Shown: positions 1 through 9,519 of the stretch, one piece after another
Numbering within the stretch: position 1 is the first letter of the stretch
Layout of the letters: the number at the start of each line of letters is the position of its first letter
Source: a bacterium
GTDB lineage: Bacteria; UBA8248
Assembly: GCA_965203325.1 (NCBI GenBank)
Contig: OZ241875.1
Coordinates: forward strand, 2,144,001-2,208,000
Direction: 5' to 3'
Length of the DNA: 64,000 bases
Program-made: the position numbers and the translations under genes
The notes under the pieces: model-generated
The model's input: the letters and a program-made list of their open reading frames with translations, nothing else
The model's database searches: none
What the model was told of the DNA's origin: nothing

Positions 1-1762
1 CCCTGGCGAGCATCCGGATCTGCAGCACCTCGACCTCGCTCTCGGGGTCGCGGTAGCCGAAGGTCTCCTCATACCTTTGGTGGAAGGTTTCCTGATAATC
101 CCCGTTCCCGGTCAGTCCGACCATGATCTCGAACGATTGCCCCTTGTAGCGCATATCCGCGCTCCGCTCGAACGCCGCCGACCCGGTTTCCAAACCCTGA
201 TCGGAGAGCCACCTCCTCGCGGTTTCCTGCATCTGCGAGAACATCTCTTCCATCCCCTCCACATCCGAGGTGTCTGTGAGGACGCTGCGGACGAAATCCA
301 TCTGCACGTCCGCCACGGCCGCTCCCACCGCGCACATCGCGCCCGGCGCGGGGGGGATGACGAGCCTTCGGATGCCGGCTTCCGCCGCCAGCAGGAAGGC
401 GTGGGTGGGCCCGGCGCCCCCGAAGGCCTGGAGGCTGAATTCGCGGTGGTCGACGCCGTAGCGCGCGATCATCGGCAGGAACGAGGCGACCATGTTCGCC
501 GTCGCGACCCGCAGGACGGCTTCGGCCGCCCGGGTCGCCTCCACGCCCAGGGCTTCACCCAGGGAGCCGATTGCGTCTTCCGCCTGCGCCCGCGAAAGCG
601 TCATCCGGCCGCCGAGCAGGTCGTTCTCGCCCAGTATGCCCGTTACGAGGTAGGCGTCCGTGACGGTCGGCTCCCGGCCTCCGCGTCCGTAGCACGCCGG
701 TCCCGGATCGGCCCCTGCCGAGCGGGGGCCTACCTTCAAAACCCCGTGAGGGTCGACCCACGCGATCGAACCGCCCCCCGCGCCGATGGTCTCGATGGCG
801 ACGGCCGGAAGGAATAGCGGAAAATCCCCGATCGTGCTCTCCACGCTCACGCGGGGCCGGCCGTCGATGAGGGACATGTCGGCGCTGGTCCCGCCCATGT
901 CCAGGGTGAAGAGCTTCGCCTCGCCCGATTCCCGGACGGACTTGGCCGCCGCCATCACACCCGAAGCGGGCCCCGAGAACATCGTGCGCACGGGAATCCG
1001 CGCCGCCTCGCCGATGGAGACCGTCCCGCCGTTGGACTGGGTGATCAGGATCGGACAGCCGACGCCCATCGCCCGCAGGCCCTCCTCCAGCCGCCGGTAG
1101 TAGGAACGCATGGTGGAGCCGACGTAGGCGTTCATCACGCAGACGAGCGTCCGCTCGTATTCGCGCTGCTGCGGCCAGGTCTCCCACGACGCGCAGACGA
1201 ACAGCTCGGGCCGGCGCTCGGCGATGACCGCCCGGGCCGTTTGCTCATGGACCGGATTGATGTAGGAGTGCAGAAAGCTGACGGCCACCGCCGTGACGCC
1301 CGCAGCCAGGAGTTCCTCGACCCCTTGCAGGACGGAATTCGTATCGAGCGGGCGCAGGACGGCGCCGTCCGCGCCGACGCGCTCCCTCACCTCCCGGACG
1401 TGGGCGCGGCGGACCAGCGGCACGGGCCTGGCCGCTTCAAAGCTGGGCGCATCGGGAAGCCGGGTCCGGCGGAGTTCCAGAACGTCGCGGAAACCTTGCG
1501 TCGTCAGAAGCCCGGTCGTCTCGCCCGTGCGCTGGATGATCGTGTTGACCGCAAGCGTGGAGCCTGCGCCGAAGTAGACGACGTCCTGGGGATCGAGGCC
1601 TTCGCCACGGAGTCCTTCCCGCACGCCTTCCAGCACGCCCGAAACCGGTTCGCCGACAGACGTGGGGACCTTGTAGACGCCCGTCCGGCCCGTCGCCTCC
1701 TCCACCAGGGCCACGTCCGTAAAGGTGCCTCCGACGTCCACGCCGATCCGCCAGCCGCTCAA
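1..1762 (-). CDS. Hydantoinase/oxoprolinase family subunit A (HyuA-like), 3' end beyond window
   Basis: Manual translation from TTG at 1762 (GGAGG upstream) gives MSGWRIGVDVGGTFTD, HASTLAVNTII, SGPASGV, LDMGGTSAD, IETIGAGGGSIA and PTVTDA motifs. It is absent from the ORF track because it runs off the window edge. Confidence 0.92.
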   Translation of the reverse strand, partial: MSGWRIGVDVGGTFTDVALVEEATGRTGVYKVPTSVGEPVSGVLEGVREGLRGEGLDPQDVVYFGAGSTLAVNTIIQRTGETTGLLTTQGFRDVLELRRTRLPDAPSFEAARPVPLVRRAHVREVRERVGADGAVLRPLDTNSVLQGVEELLAAGVTAVAVSFLHSYINPVHEQTARAVIAERRPELFVCASWETWPQQREYERTLVCVMNAYVGSTMRSYYRRLEEGLRAMGVGCPILITQSNGGTVSIGEAARIPVRTMFSGPASGVMAAAKSVRESGEAKLFTLDMGGTSADMSLIDGRPRVSVESTIGDFPLFLPAVAIETIGAGGGSIAWVDPHGVLKVGPRSAGADPGPACYGRGGREPTVTDAYLVTGILGENDLLGGRMTLSRAQAEDAIGSLGEALGVEATRAAEAVLRVATANMVASFLPMIARYGVDHREFSLQAFGGAGPTHAFLLAAEAGIRRLVIPPAPGAMCAVGAAVADVQMDFVRSVLTDTSDVEGMEEMFSQMQETARRWLSDQGLETGSAAFERSADMRYKGQSFEIMVGLTGNGDYQETFHQRYEETFGYRDPESEVEVLQIRMLAR

Positions 1763-2008
1763 TGGCGCCTCCCTTCTACGTCATAGGTCGAAAATCACCG
1801 AACTCGGGCCACCCGTTCGGCAACTGAAAAACACAGCCGACTCGACCTAGTTTTTCAATTGATGGCTCCTGTTTGACGATACCTTAATGGATAATTCCGA
1901 ATGCGTGAAGAGACGAAAGGGCGTGGCGGCAGAACTCACTTGAATCGGTGATGGGGGTGATTTAGGCTGTGGTTCCCGCCCGGATAAGAGTGAGAGCAAG
2001 ATAGATCG

Positions 2009-3457
2009 ATGCAGATTCCGAACTGGTTGAAAAACCAAATTGTAAATTGGCTGAAAAACCCACTCATTCCTTTGCTTGTTTTATTGCTGGTTGGATTAGT
2101 GGCGGCTTTTGTGGGCGTCATGTCATCAAAATGCGCTCAAGAGTGGATCGGTGGACTTCTCGGCATATCCAAAGACAATAAAAACGAAATCCTGAAATTC
2201 CTGGGATTCGGGATGGGCGGTGTCCTGCTGGTTATCCAAGCCACACTATCCCATAAACGCGCCAAAGCGATGGAGGATGCGACGAATGAGCAGGCGAAGG
2301 CCAACGAGAATTCCGAGAAAGGGCTGCGGCAGGAGCGTTTGAAAAACGCCATCGAGCATCTGGGGCACGATTCGGATTCCGTGCGCTTGGGCGGAGCATA
2401 CGAACTCTTCCATCTGGCCGAGGAAACTAAAGAATTGCGACAGACGGCGTTCGATATGCTCTGCGTCTATATACGCAGGGTAACGGGCGAAGATAAGTAT
2501 CGAGAGATGTACAAGTTGAAACCCTCGGAAGAAATTCAGAGTCTGCTGACCCTGCTATTCGTGCAAGAGCATAAAGTATTCAAAGGCCTTCACATTAACT
2601 TACAGGGGAGTTGGTTGAATGGGGCTGCTCTTCCGTCAGCACATCTAGAAGGGGCTAATCTTTCGTTAGCGGTTATGCATAGGGCTAACCTACAAGGTGC
2701 GCATCTGCAAGAGGCTAATCTTATGGGGGTGCAATTGCAAAGTGCTCGTCTTATGAATGCGCAGTTGCAAAGTGCTCGTTTTTGGAGAGCGGAGTTGCAA
2801 GGGGCTCGTCTTATGAGCGCGCAGTTGCAAAGTGCTCGTTTTGGAAGAGCGCAGTTGCAAGGGGCTAACCTTGTGAAAGCTCAGTTGCAAAAGGCATATC
2901 TTCGAAATGCTCAGTTACAAGGTGCAAATCTTAGAGAGGCACATCTACAAGGGGCTAACCTTTTGGATGCATCTCTACAAAGTGCTCGTTTTGGAAGGGC
3001 GCAGTTGCAAGGGGCTTATCTTGAGGGAGCGCGTCTTCAAGGGGCTTATCTTGGGAAAGCGCAATTGCAGGGGGTTGATCTTTGTGATGCGCAGTTACAA
3101 GGGGTTAATCTTCAAGGATGCCTTCTTCAAGGAGTAATAAGTAATGAGACTGAACCTCCCTCTGGGTTTATAGAACGCATCAGAGGATCAATCGGTCGGC
3201 AGAGCGATCTGTCTGGGATTATTTTCGTGGGCGGGTTGGAACCCGAAGATTTAGATACCTTGCTTGAAGGCTTGTCCGATGAAGGAACCGAGAGGTTGCT
3301 GAAGACACTGGAACCCCACATCGGTCAGCCAGCAAGCCATGAACTACCGAAAAACAGCGGAGCGATTACCGGAACGTATACCGCGAAAGAAGCCGAAAAA
3401 TGGTTCGCTGAGTACGAGAAGGCTACATCAGAAACCTCGGCGGACGAGAGTTCCTAA
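2009..3457 (+). CDS. Membrane-anchored pentapeptide-repeat protein
   Basis: Two N-terminal hydrophobic helices, an AIEHLG...VRLGGAYEL motif, then a long run of A(Q/N/R)LQ(G/S) pentapeptides. Visibly lower GC than the flanks. Confidence 0.9.
   Translation: MQIPNWLKNQIVNWLKNPLIPLLVLLLVGLVAAFVGVMSSKCAQEWIGGLLGISKDNKNEILKFLGFGMGGVLLVIQATLSHKRAKAMEDATNEQAKANENSEKGLRQERLKNAIEHLGHDSDSVRLGGAYELFHLAEETKELRQTAFDMLCVYIRRVTGEDKYREMYKLKPSEEIQSLLTLLFVQEHKVFKGLHINLQGSWLNGAALPSAHLEGANLSLAVMHRANLQGAHLQEANLMGVQLQSARLMNAQLQSARFWRAELQGARLMSAQLQSARFGRAQLQGANLVKAQLQKAYLRNAQLQGANLREAHLQGANLLDASLQSARFGRAQLQGAYLEGARLQGAYLGKAQLQGVDLCDAQLQGVNLQGCLLQGVISNETEPPSGFIERIRGSIGRQSDLSGIIFVGGLEPEDLDTLLEGLSDEGTERLLKTLEPHIGQPASHELPKNSGAITGTYTAKEAEKWFAEYEKATSETSADESS
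2620..3130 (+). repeat. 30-bp periodic tandem repeat encoding the pentapeptide repeats
   Basis: Units such as gcagttgcaa-agtgctcgtt-ttggaagagc recur every 30 nt (e.g. 2761, 2821, 2851, 3001). Confidence 0.85.
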
Positions 3458-3486
3458 AATCACTCCCCCTTGCGAATATTAAAGTT

Positions 3487-3797
3487 CACTCCCCCCTTGA
3501 GGGGTTGTTGAAAAACACCCCTCTTGGTCGGAATTGACCACCGCCGTCATTCCGCGCACGCCGGAATGACGAACAAAGCCGCACCGCCTAGTACGGACAG
3601 GTTGCGACCTCGGACAGGCACGGGGGCCTGTCCCTACGCAAGGATTTGTCTTTGTAGGGGAGAACCTGCGTGTTCTCCCGGTTTTTGTGCCCGCATCCGG
3701 TTGATCGGGCGGATACACCGGTCCGCCCCTACGGGAAACGAAGTCTTCACATTCACTCCTTGAGGCCTTTTTCAACAGCCCCCTCAAGGGGTGAGTG
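3487..3797. mobile_element. Non-autonomous MITE/REPIN-like element with ~30-bp terminal inverted repeats and internal palindromes
   Basis: Left end cactccccccttgaggggttgttgaaaaa (3487-3515) is a near reverse complement of tttttcaacagccccctcaaggggtgagtg (3768-3797). Internal hairpins lie at 3545-3571, 3591-3637 and 3654-3732. No coding capacity. Confidence 0.7.
3591..3732. repeat. GTAG-type REP palindromes arranged as two inverted doublets
   Basis: GTAGGGGAGAACCTGCGTGTTCTCCC (3654-3679, +) faces GTAGGGGCGGACCGGTGTATCCGCCC (3707-3732, -). GTACGGACAGGTTGCGACCT (3591-3610, +) faces GTAGGGACAGGCCCCCGTGCCTGTCC (3612-3637, -). Confidence 0.75.
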
Positions 3798-3820
3798 TTG
3801 GTGCCCGCTCTGTGCGGCGG

Positions 3821-4822
3821 CTACATCATACCCTCGGCCTTCAAGGCATTTCTCAGCGGAGCCAAGTCGAAGCCGTCCCCGTCCCGGTAGGTGCGCGTAC
3901 GCGGCAGCTTCTTCTCCTTCTTCAGGACCTTCGCCACGCCGACCAGCCACTTCCGCTCGTTCTCATCAATCAGCGGCGCGGGAAACTCCAGGTCGTTCAC
4001 GTTCTTGCGCACCAGTTCAAGTGAGAGTTTTGATCCCTTCGATTGGAGATGCTGCCAATAGGTGCGCGCGTAGAGCGCCGGATTCTCCTTTTGAAGCCGA
4101 ACCGCCCTGAGCCACCCGCGCAGGAACTTGACGACCCGGTCGGACTGCTCCTCGACCGCCTTTTTCCGCGTCAGGATGAGCCAGAAAACCTTGGCGTATT
4201 TGCAGTAATTCTCCAGGGTGCGCGCGTACCCCTTCTGCTGCGCGATCGTGGCGGCGGGATTCGCCACCATGATCATCTCCACGTTGCCGGAGCGTAGCGC
4301 CGCGACCCGATCCGTGGCCAGGGTATTGATCACCGTCCAGTCGCCCTTTTTCAGCCCGTGGGCCGGGGCGATGAAGTTCCGGAAGATGAAGTTCGTCCCC
4401 GATGCTTTTCCGATCCCCAGGCGCTTGCCTTTCAGATCCGCAACGGAGCGGATTTTGGAATCCGTCCCGACCATCAAGTGCGCGGAGCGGCAGTAGTAGT
4501 TCGAGATTCCCAGCCCCGTGATCTTCTTCGACTTCGACGTCGAGGTGACGAAGGGACGCGAGGCGGCCCCGCCCACGTCCAGCGAGTTGGAGAGCAGCGC
4601 CTGCATCATCAGCTTGCCCATCTTGAAGGTCTTGACCACGTATTTGCCCTTGCCCAGAGTTTGATCGAAGTAACCCAGCCTGTCGGCCACCACCGCCGGC
4701 GACCCCATGATGAGCTTGGTGTGACCGATGCGGAATTTCCCCGCGCCCAGGCTCACGGACGGCAACAGAAACATCGCCGACGCCGCGATGACGAGCGCCG
4801 CTGCGTACATATTCCGTTTCAT
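3821..4822 (-). CDS. ABC transporter substrate-binding protein, NitT/TauT (SsuA/THI5-like)
   Basis: Signal peptide MKRNMYAAALVIAASAMFLLPSVSLGA and an SKIRSVADLKGKRLG motif. Start chosen at ATG 4822 behind GAGGGGG. Confidence 0.85.
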   Translation of the reverse strand: MKRNMYAAALVIAASAMFLLPSVSLGAGKFRIGHTKLIMGSPAVVADRLGYFDQTLGKGKYVVKTFKMGKLMMQALLSNSLDVGGAASRPFVTSTSKSKKITGLGISNYYCRSAHLMVGTDSKIRSVADLKGKRLGIGKASGTNFIFRNFIAPAHGLKKGDWTVINTLATDRVAALRSGNVEMIMVANPAATIAQQKGYARTLENYCKYAKVFWLILTRKKAVEEQSDRVVKFLRGWLRAVRLQKENPALYARTYWQHLQSKGSKLSLELVRKNVNDLEFPAPLIDENERKWLVGVAKVLKKEKKLPRTRTYRDGDGFDLAPLRNALKAEGMM

Positions 4823-4952
4823 GACCGATCCCCCCTCAGGTTGTCCTGTCGTCCGGTCCATCCGGCCCTCCCGGATGTCACCGAGTTACAGGTGATTCAT
4901 CGGGGCGCGCTTCAATCATCGAGCCGCACAAAACCCGCCTTTCGCTCCCGGC

Positions 4953-5948
4953 TCACTTGCGCTCTTCCCCGAAGGCCAGCTCCGTACCGATGCGCTTTTC
5001 TTTCGCCAGGCCGTAGACCCAGTTCGCCACGCCCACGTCGAAAATCCCCATGCCGGGCGACTCGTAGAGAATGATGTCGTCGTCGCGGACGCGGCCCGGC
5101 TTCTTGCCGACGACCACGTCACAGAATTCCGCCGCCACGTCTTCCTCCCTGAACTTCCCGCTTTCCAGAAGCGCCGGAAACGGCTTTCGGGGCGGCTTGT
5201 CGTACAGGACCTGGTCCGTGGCCGCGAGAATCACGCGCGTCGAGCGCAGCACCGTCTCCTCGTCGATCTCACCAGGTGCTACGGACATGAACAGCACGCC
5301 GGGCTCGAGCCAGTCGCCCTCGAAGACGATGGTGTTCCCGGGCGTTGACGTGATCATGATGTCGGCTCCCTCGACCGCTTCCCTGCCCGACTCTACGGGC
5401 AAAGCCTCGACCCCGAGCGCCGCCTCCATTTCCTCGCAGAACTTTCTCCGATTCTCGGCGCTTCGGCTGTAGGCCTTGATTTGGGTGATGTCCCGAACAG
5501 CGCAGGCGGCGCGGATCTGGCCGCGCGCGAGGCGGCCGGTGCCGATGATGCCGATCTTCCCGGCGTCCGGCCTTGCGAGGTGCTTCACGGCGGCGCCGTA
5601 AGGGGCCGAAGTGCGGATGGTATGGAGGTAATAGTCCGAGATGACGGCGGACATGCCCATGTCGTTCCAGTCGAACAGGCAGATGATCTCCGAGCGGTTC
5701 GAGCCCTGGTGGCCGGAGTAGACGCGCACACCCGCCGCGCCGACACCCGGTACCATACCGGGCAACATCCGGATGTTGTGCCACAGATGTCCGGGGCGAT
5801 CGGGATGCTCCAGTGTGATTCGCTTGAAACGGGTCGCCTCGCCCGTTGCCTGATGGCGGAAGATCTCCTCGATGACCTCAATGGCCTCCTTGTACACGTC
5901 GAGGCCGTCCAGGGCAGCGTATACGTCTTCTTCAGTGAGGAAAAGCAT
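4953..5948 (-). CDS. Ornithine cyclodeaminase/mu-crystallin family protein
   Basis: MLFLTEEDV start, IRTSA, GIIGTGRLARGQ Rossmann motif, and C-terminal GR..DDIILYESPGMGIFD. Confidence 0.9.
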   Translation of the reverse strand: MLFLTEEDVYAALDGLDVYKEAIEVIEEIFRHQATGEATRFKRITLEHPDRPGHLWHNIRMLPGMVPGVGAAGVRVYSGHQGSNRSEIICLFDWNDMGMSAVISDYYLHTIRTSAPYGAAVKHLARPDAGKIGIIGTGRLARGQIRAACAVRDITQIKAYSRSAENRRKFCEEMEAALGVEALPVESGREAVEGADIMITSTPGNTIVFEGDWLEPGVLFMSVAPGEIDEETVLRSTRVILAATDQVLYDKPPRKPFPALLESGKFREEDVAAEFCDVVVGKKPGRVRDDDIILYESPGMGIFDVGVANWVYGLAKEKRIGTELAFGEERK

Positions 5949-6393
5949 GAAAACGCCTTTCTCCTTGACCATCCGCGGTATTCAGAACGGACAGCGAGGC
6001 TGCTTTCGCCCGCTCAAAATAGCGGGTCGACCTGGACCGAAAGACCATCCCCGTCCAGGCGTTCAAACCCCATCCCTGACAGTTCGAAGAATGATCTCAC
6101 GTCCGTATTTGCGTTTCGGATGAATGCGAATGAGAAGATTCGAGTGTACGGCGAAATTCGCGTCGAGGCAAATTGCTCGCAATCTACACCTCTTTAGCAG
6201 CAATGTTCTCCAGATTTTTCAGTGTTTCAGTATATTTCATCAAATGCTGAAATCACCCATTTCAGTGAAAAACGCGGTTGAATCCGGGGCGATCACGCCA
6301 CGGTTTCCTAACCGCAGAGGGCAGTTCCCCATCGGTCGGCAATCTTTCCCTGATCGGTCTCGTCAATCTCTCCTTCATCAGTCGAGATTGACC

Positions 6394-7179
6394 TCAAATC
6401 GCCTTGAGCCTCCCTCCGTCGACGGCGAAGACGCCGCCCGAGATGTAGCTCGCCTCGGGCGAGGCGAGAAACGCCACCATCGCGCCGAACTCCTCGGGCT
6501 CGCCCAGGCGGCCCAGCGGCACCTCGCGTTCCACGCTCGCGACCGATTCCTCGAAGGTGATGCCCAGACGCTTCGCGGCGGATTCGCGGCCCTGCATCGC
6601 GCGATCGGTTTTGATGACGCCGGGGATGACGACGTTCACAAGAATGCCCTCCCCGCCCAGGGAGCGCGAGAGTGATTTCGCCAGGCCGGCCACGGCGGGC
6701 CGCATGACGTTCGAGAGCAAGAGGTCGTCGATGGGCTCGCGCACCGAACTGGAAAGGATGAAGAGGATTCTCCCGCCGTCGCGCCCCCGCATGTGCGGCA
6801 GCGCTTCGCGCACGAGGCGCACCGCGCTCATGACGTTCAGCTCGAAGGCGTCGAACCAGGCGTCATCTTCAAAATCCTCGAACACGCCCCGGGGCGGGCC
6901 GCCCGCGTTCGAAACCAGAACGTCCACGCCGCCGAAATGCGCCGCCGCGCCGCCGATGAATTTCCGGACGCCCTCCGCCGTGCTCACGTCCGCCGCGCAA
7001 CTCCAGGTTTCCACGCCGGCCTGTTCCGCGATATCCGCTGCGGCCGCGGCGCAGGCGGCCTCATCGCGCGCGCAGATGGCGAGGCTCGCGCCCCGCATCG
7101 CCATCTTCAGGGCCGACGCGCGGCCCAGGCCCTTGCTGCCCGCCGCCACCAGGGCGATTTTTCCTTCCATGTCACGCAT
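6394..7179 (-). CDS. SDR family oxidoreductase (3-oxoacyl-ACP reductase-like, atypical subgroup)
   Basis: AAGSKGLG, VSNAGGPP and DGG motifs. It has SNxxR in place of YxxxK, as seen in a BKR-like SDR subgroup. Confidence 0.88.
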   Translation of the reverse strand: MRDMEGKIALVAAGSKGLGRASALKMAMRGASLAICARDEAACAAAAADIAEQAGVETWSCAADVSTAEGVRKFIGGAAAHFGGVDVLVSNAGGPPRGVFEDFEDDAWFDAFELNVMSAVRLVREALPHMRGRDGGRILFILSSSVREPIDDLLLSNVMRPAVAGLAKSLSRSLGGEGILVNVVIPGVIKTDRAMQGRESAAKRLGITFEESVASVEREVPLGRLGEPEEFGAMVAFLASPEASYISGGVFAVDGGRLKAI

Positions 7180-7265
7180 GTGGTGTCTCCTTCGTCGCGC
7201 GCATCATCAGAGCGGGCGGATGAAAACATATACAAACTGGCGGATGGGAGTGTAGTCGGGCGTGC

Positions 7266-7658
7266 TTAGTCGGGCAACGCGGCGATGCACTCGACCTCGG
7301 CGAGCCAGTCGGGGTCAACGAGGCGGGCCACCTGGACCTGGGAGCTGGCCGGGCGATGCTCCCCGAACATCTCCAGGCGGACCTCATTCATCGTTTTGCG
7401 ATTGTCCAGATCCGCGCTGAAGACTGTGACCTTGACGACGTTTTCGAACCCCGCGCCGGCTTCTTCGAGAATGGTCCGGATATTCGTGAGTATCTGGCGC
7501 ATTTGCATGGCTGGGTTTCCCTTACCCACCACGTTTCCTTCGCCATCCACGGAGACGCAGCCGCTCACGAAGAGGAGCGAGCCGCCCGTCACTTGTATCG
7601 CCTGATTGTAGACGCCGAGGTTTTTAAGCCTGGGCGAATTGATGATCTTGACGCTCAT
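7266..7658 (-). CDS. RidA/YjgF/UK114 family protein
   Basis: YNQAIQV, LFVSG, NVVKVTVF, RPASSQVQVARL and EVECIA. ATG 7658 follows GGAGG. Confidence 0.92.
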   Translation of the reverse strand: MSVKIINSPRLKNLGVYNQAIQVTGGSLLFVSGCVSVDGEGNVVGKGNPAMQMRQILTNIRTILEEAGAGFENVVKVTVFSADLDNRKTMNEVRLEMFGEHRPASSQVQVARLVDPDWLAEVECIAALPD

Positions 7659-7808
7659 ATTTCCTCCCTCTCCCGAATAAAGGAACGCGACGTTGCTGAA
7701 CAATCCGCCAATCGTTTCGTGCGACGCCGTCCGGCGTTTGAAACGAACAAACTATATCGGAAACTCATTCTCCCTGTTTCCGGGGAGTATGGATGCAGAA
7801 GAATCGGG

Positions 7809-8600
7809 CTAATCCCCGTGCTCGAAAATCTTGGCGCTTTCTTGTGCGATCAGATCCAGACACCCCGCCTTGGTCTCCATGAAGGCATGGGAAGTCAGCA
7901 TCGTCCTCGCGCGTGGCCGGGGCAGAGGCACTTTGAGCTCCTGGATGATTCTGCCCGGCTGCACTCCCATGATGAAGATTCGGTCCGCCATCAAAATCGC
8001 TTCGTCCACGTCGTGGGTGATGAAGAGCATGCTCATCTGGTGTTCTTCCCAGAGCTTGAGCAGCCACTCCTGCATAAGAAGGCGGGTCTGGGCGTCGAGC
8101 GCCGCGAAAGGCTCGTCCATGAGGAGGATCTCCGGGTTGTTGATGAGAACACGGGCGATGGAGACGCGCTGCCGCATCCCACCCGATAGCTCGTCCGGGT
8201 AGTGTCGCTCAAATCCCGTGAGTCCCACTCGCTTGACGAACTCGTGAGCGCGGGGCAGGAATTCCTTTCTGGACACGCCCTTGATCTTGAGCGCGAAGGC
8301 GATGTTGTCTTCCACGGTAAGCCAGTGAAACAGGAAGTGCTCCTGGAAAACGACGCCGCGCTCCGGACCGGGCTTCGTGATGGGGCGTCCCTCGATGAGC
8401 GCCTTCCCCTCTGTGGGCAGGATGAATCCCGCGATGATGTTCAAGATGGTGGTCTTGCCGCACCCGCTCGGGCCCAGGAGGGCGACGGTCTCCCGGTCTT
8501 CGATGCCGAAGGAAACATCCTTCAGGGCCACAGTCTCCCGTCCCTGCCTGGGGTCTTCGAAGATTTTGGTGACTCTCTCGATCCGGACTTTTTCCGTCAT
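7809..8600 (-). CDS. ABC transporter ATP-binding protein, NitT/TauT family
   Basis: Walker A GPSGCGKT, signature LSGGMRQR, Walker B LLMDEPF and H-loop ITHD. Confidence 0.95.
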   Translation of the reverse strand: MTEKVRIERVTKIFEDPRQGRETVALKDVSFGIEDRETVALLGPSGCGKTTILNIIAGFILPTEGKALIEGRPITKPGPERGVVFQEHFLFHWLTVEDNIAFALKIKGVSRKEFLPRAHEFVKRVGLTGFERHYPDELSGGMRQRVSIARVLINNPEILLMDEPFAALDAQTRLLMQEWLLKLWEEHQMSMLFITHDVDEAILMADRIFIMGVQPGRIIQELKVPLPRPRARTMLTSHAFMETKAGCLDLIAQESAKIFEHGD

Positions 8601-8736
8601 ATGGAGAAGATTCCCAAGTGAGCGTCTTCAGGCGTCCCGAGACGCGCCGCGAGCGGCGAAAACGTGGATCCCGTATACGCCTCGCTGGTTCTCCTATTCC
8701 ACCAATTCCCGGGAAACGCTTCTTTCTCGTTTCGCA

Positions 8737-9498
8737 TCACACCACCCTGTAATGGACGAACATGCGGCGGGAGAGGGCGTGAACGGAGCGATCCAGGCAG
8801 AAACCCATCAGGCTCAAGGTGACGAAGGCGACGAACATCCGCTCCGTCTTGGTATAGACCTGGGCGTCCCATATCATGAAGCCGACCCCCGATTTCGCGG
8901 CGAGCATCTCTGCCGCCACGATTGTCATGAAGGCGTTGCTGAGAGCCAACTGCAAGCCGGTGACCATGTAGGGAACCGTCTCGGGGACGACGACCCGGAC
9001 AAGGACCTGGGTCCCGGTGGCGCCGAGGCTCCGGGCGGCCCGGATGGCGCCCTCGCGCACCGAGGCGGCCCCCGCCATGGTGTTCACGACCACGATGAAG
9101 ACCGCCGTGTAGAAGATCAGGACGATCTTCGATTCTTCGCCGAAGCCGAACCAGATGATGAACAGCGTGACCAGCGTCACGGGCGGGACGAAGCGGAAGT
9201 ATTCCAGAACCGGCAAGGCGAGCGCCCGCACCCAGGGGAGCCGTCCCATGACGACGCCAAGAAAAGAACCGACGACGGCGCCGAGCGCCCATCCCGAGAG
9301 CACCCGGAACAAGCTCATCACGATATGCCAGGGCAACTCGCCGGTGCGCGTGATCTCGATAGCCTTCAGCATGGTGGCCAGGGGGGAGGGAAGGAAGATC
9401 GGCGGAAACACGAAGGTAAAACCCCACCAGGCCACCAGGAAGATGGCCACGGAAAGGGTGTAAATCGCGATGGTTCCCCCGATCCTCAAACCTCCCAT
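8737..9498 (-). CDS. ABC transporter permease, NitT/TauT family
   Basis: Six TM segments, WFGFGE, EAA-like AARSLGA and VAAEM. Confidence 0.93.
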   Translation of the reverse strand: MGGLRIGGTIAIYTLSVAIFLVAWWGFTFVFPPIFLPSPLATMLKAIEITRTGELPWHIVMSLFRVLSGWALGAVVGSFLGVVMGRLPWVRALALPVLEYFRFVPPVTLVTLFIIWFGFGEESKIVLIFYTAVFIVVVNTMAGAASVREGAIRAARSLGATGTQVLVRVVVPETVPYMVTGLQLALSNAFMTIVAAEMLAAKSGVGFMIWDAQVYTKTERMFVAFVTLSLMGFCLDRSVHALSRRMFVHYRVV

Positions 9499-9519
9499 TC
9501 CCCCTTTCGCCCGTGAGTT

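Noticed and set aside
2620..3130. Possible CRISPR array
   Set aside because: The periodicity is 30 nt with no unique spacers, it is in frame with the pentapeptide repeats, and there are no cas genes.
6017..6200. STAS-like peptide (IRNANTDVRSFFELSG) on the minus strand
   Set aside because: There is no start codon upstream of the motif before an in-frame stop, so it is likely chance.
1790..6285. Possible fourth direct-repeat pair (1790-1845 vs 6250-6285, aaatcacc...tgaaaaac)
   Set aside because: The match is too short and gapped to distinguish from chance by eye.
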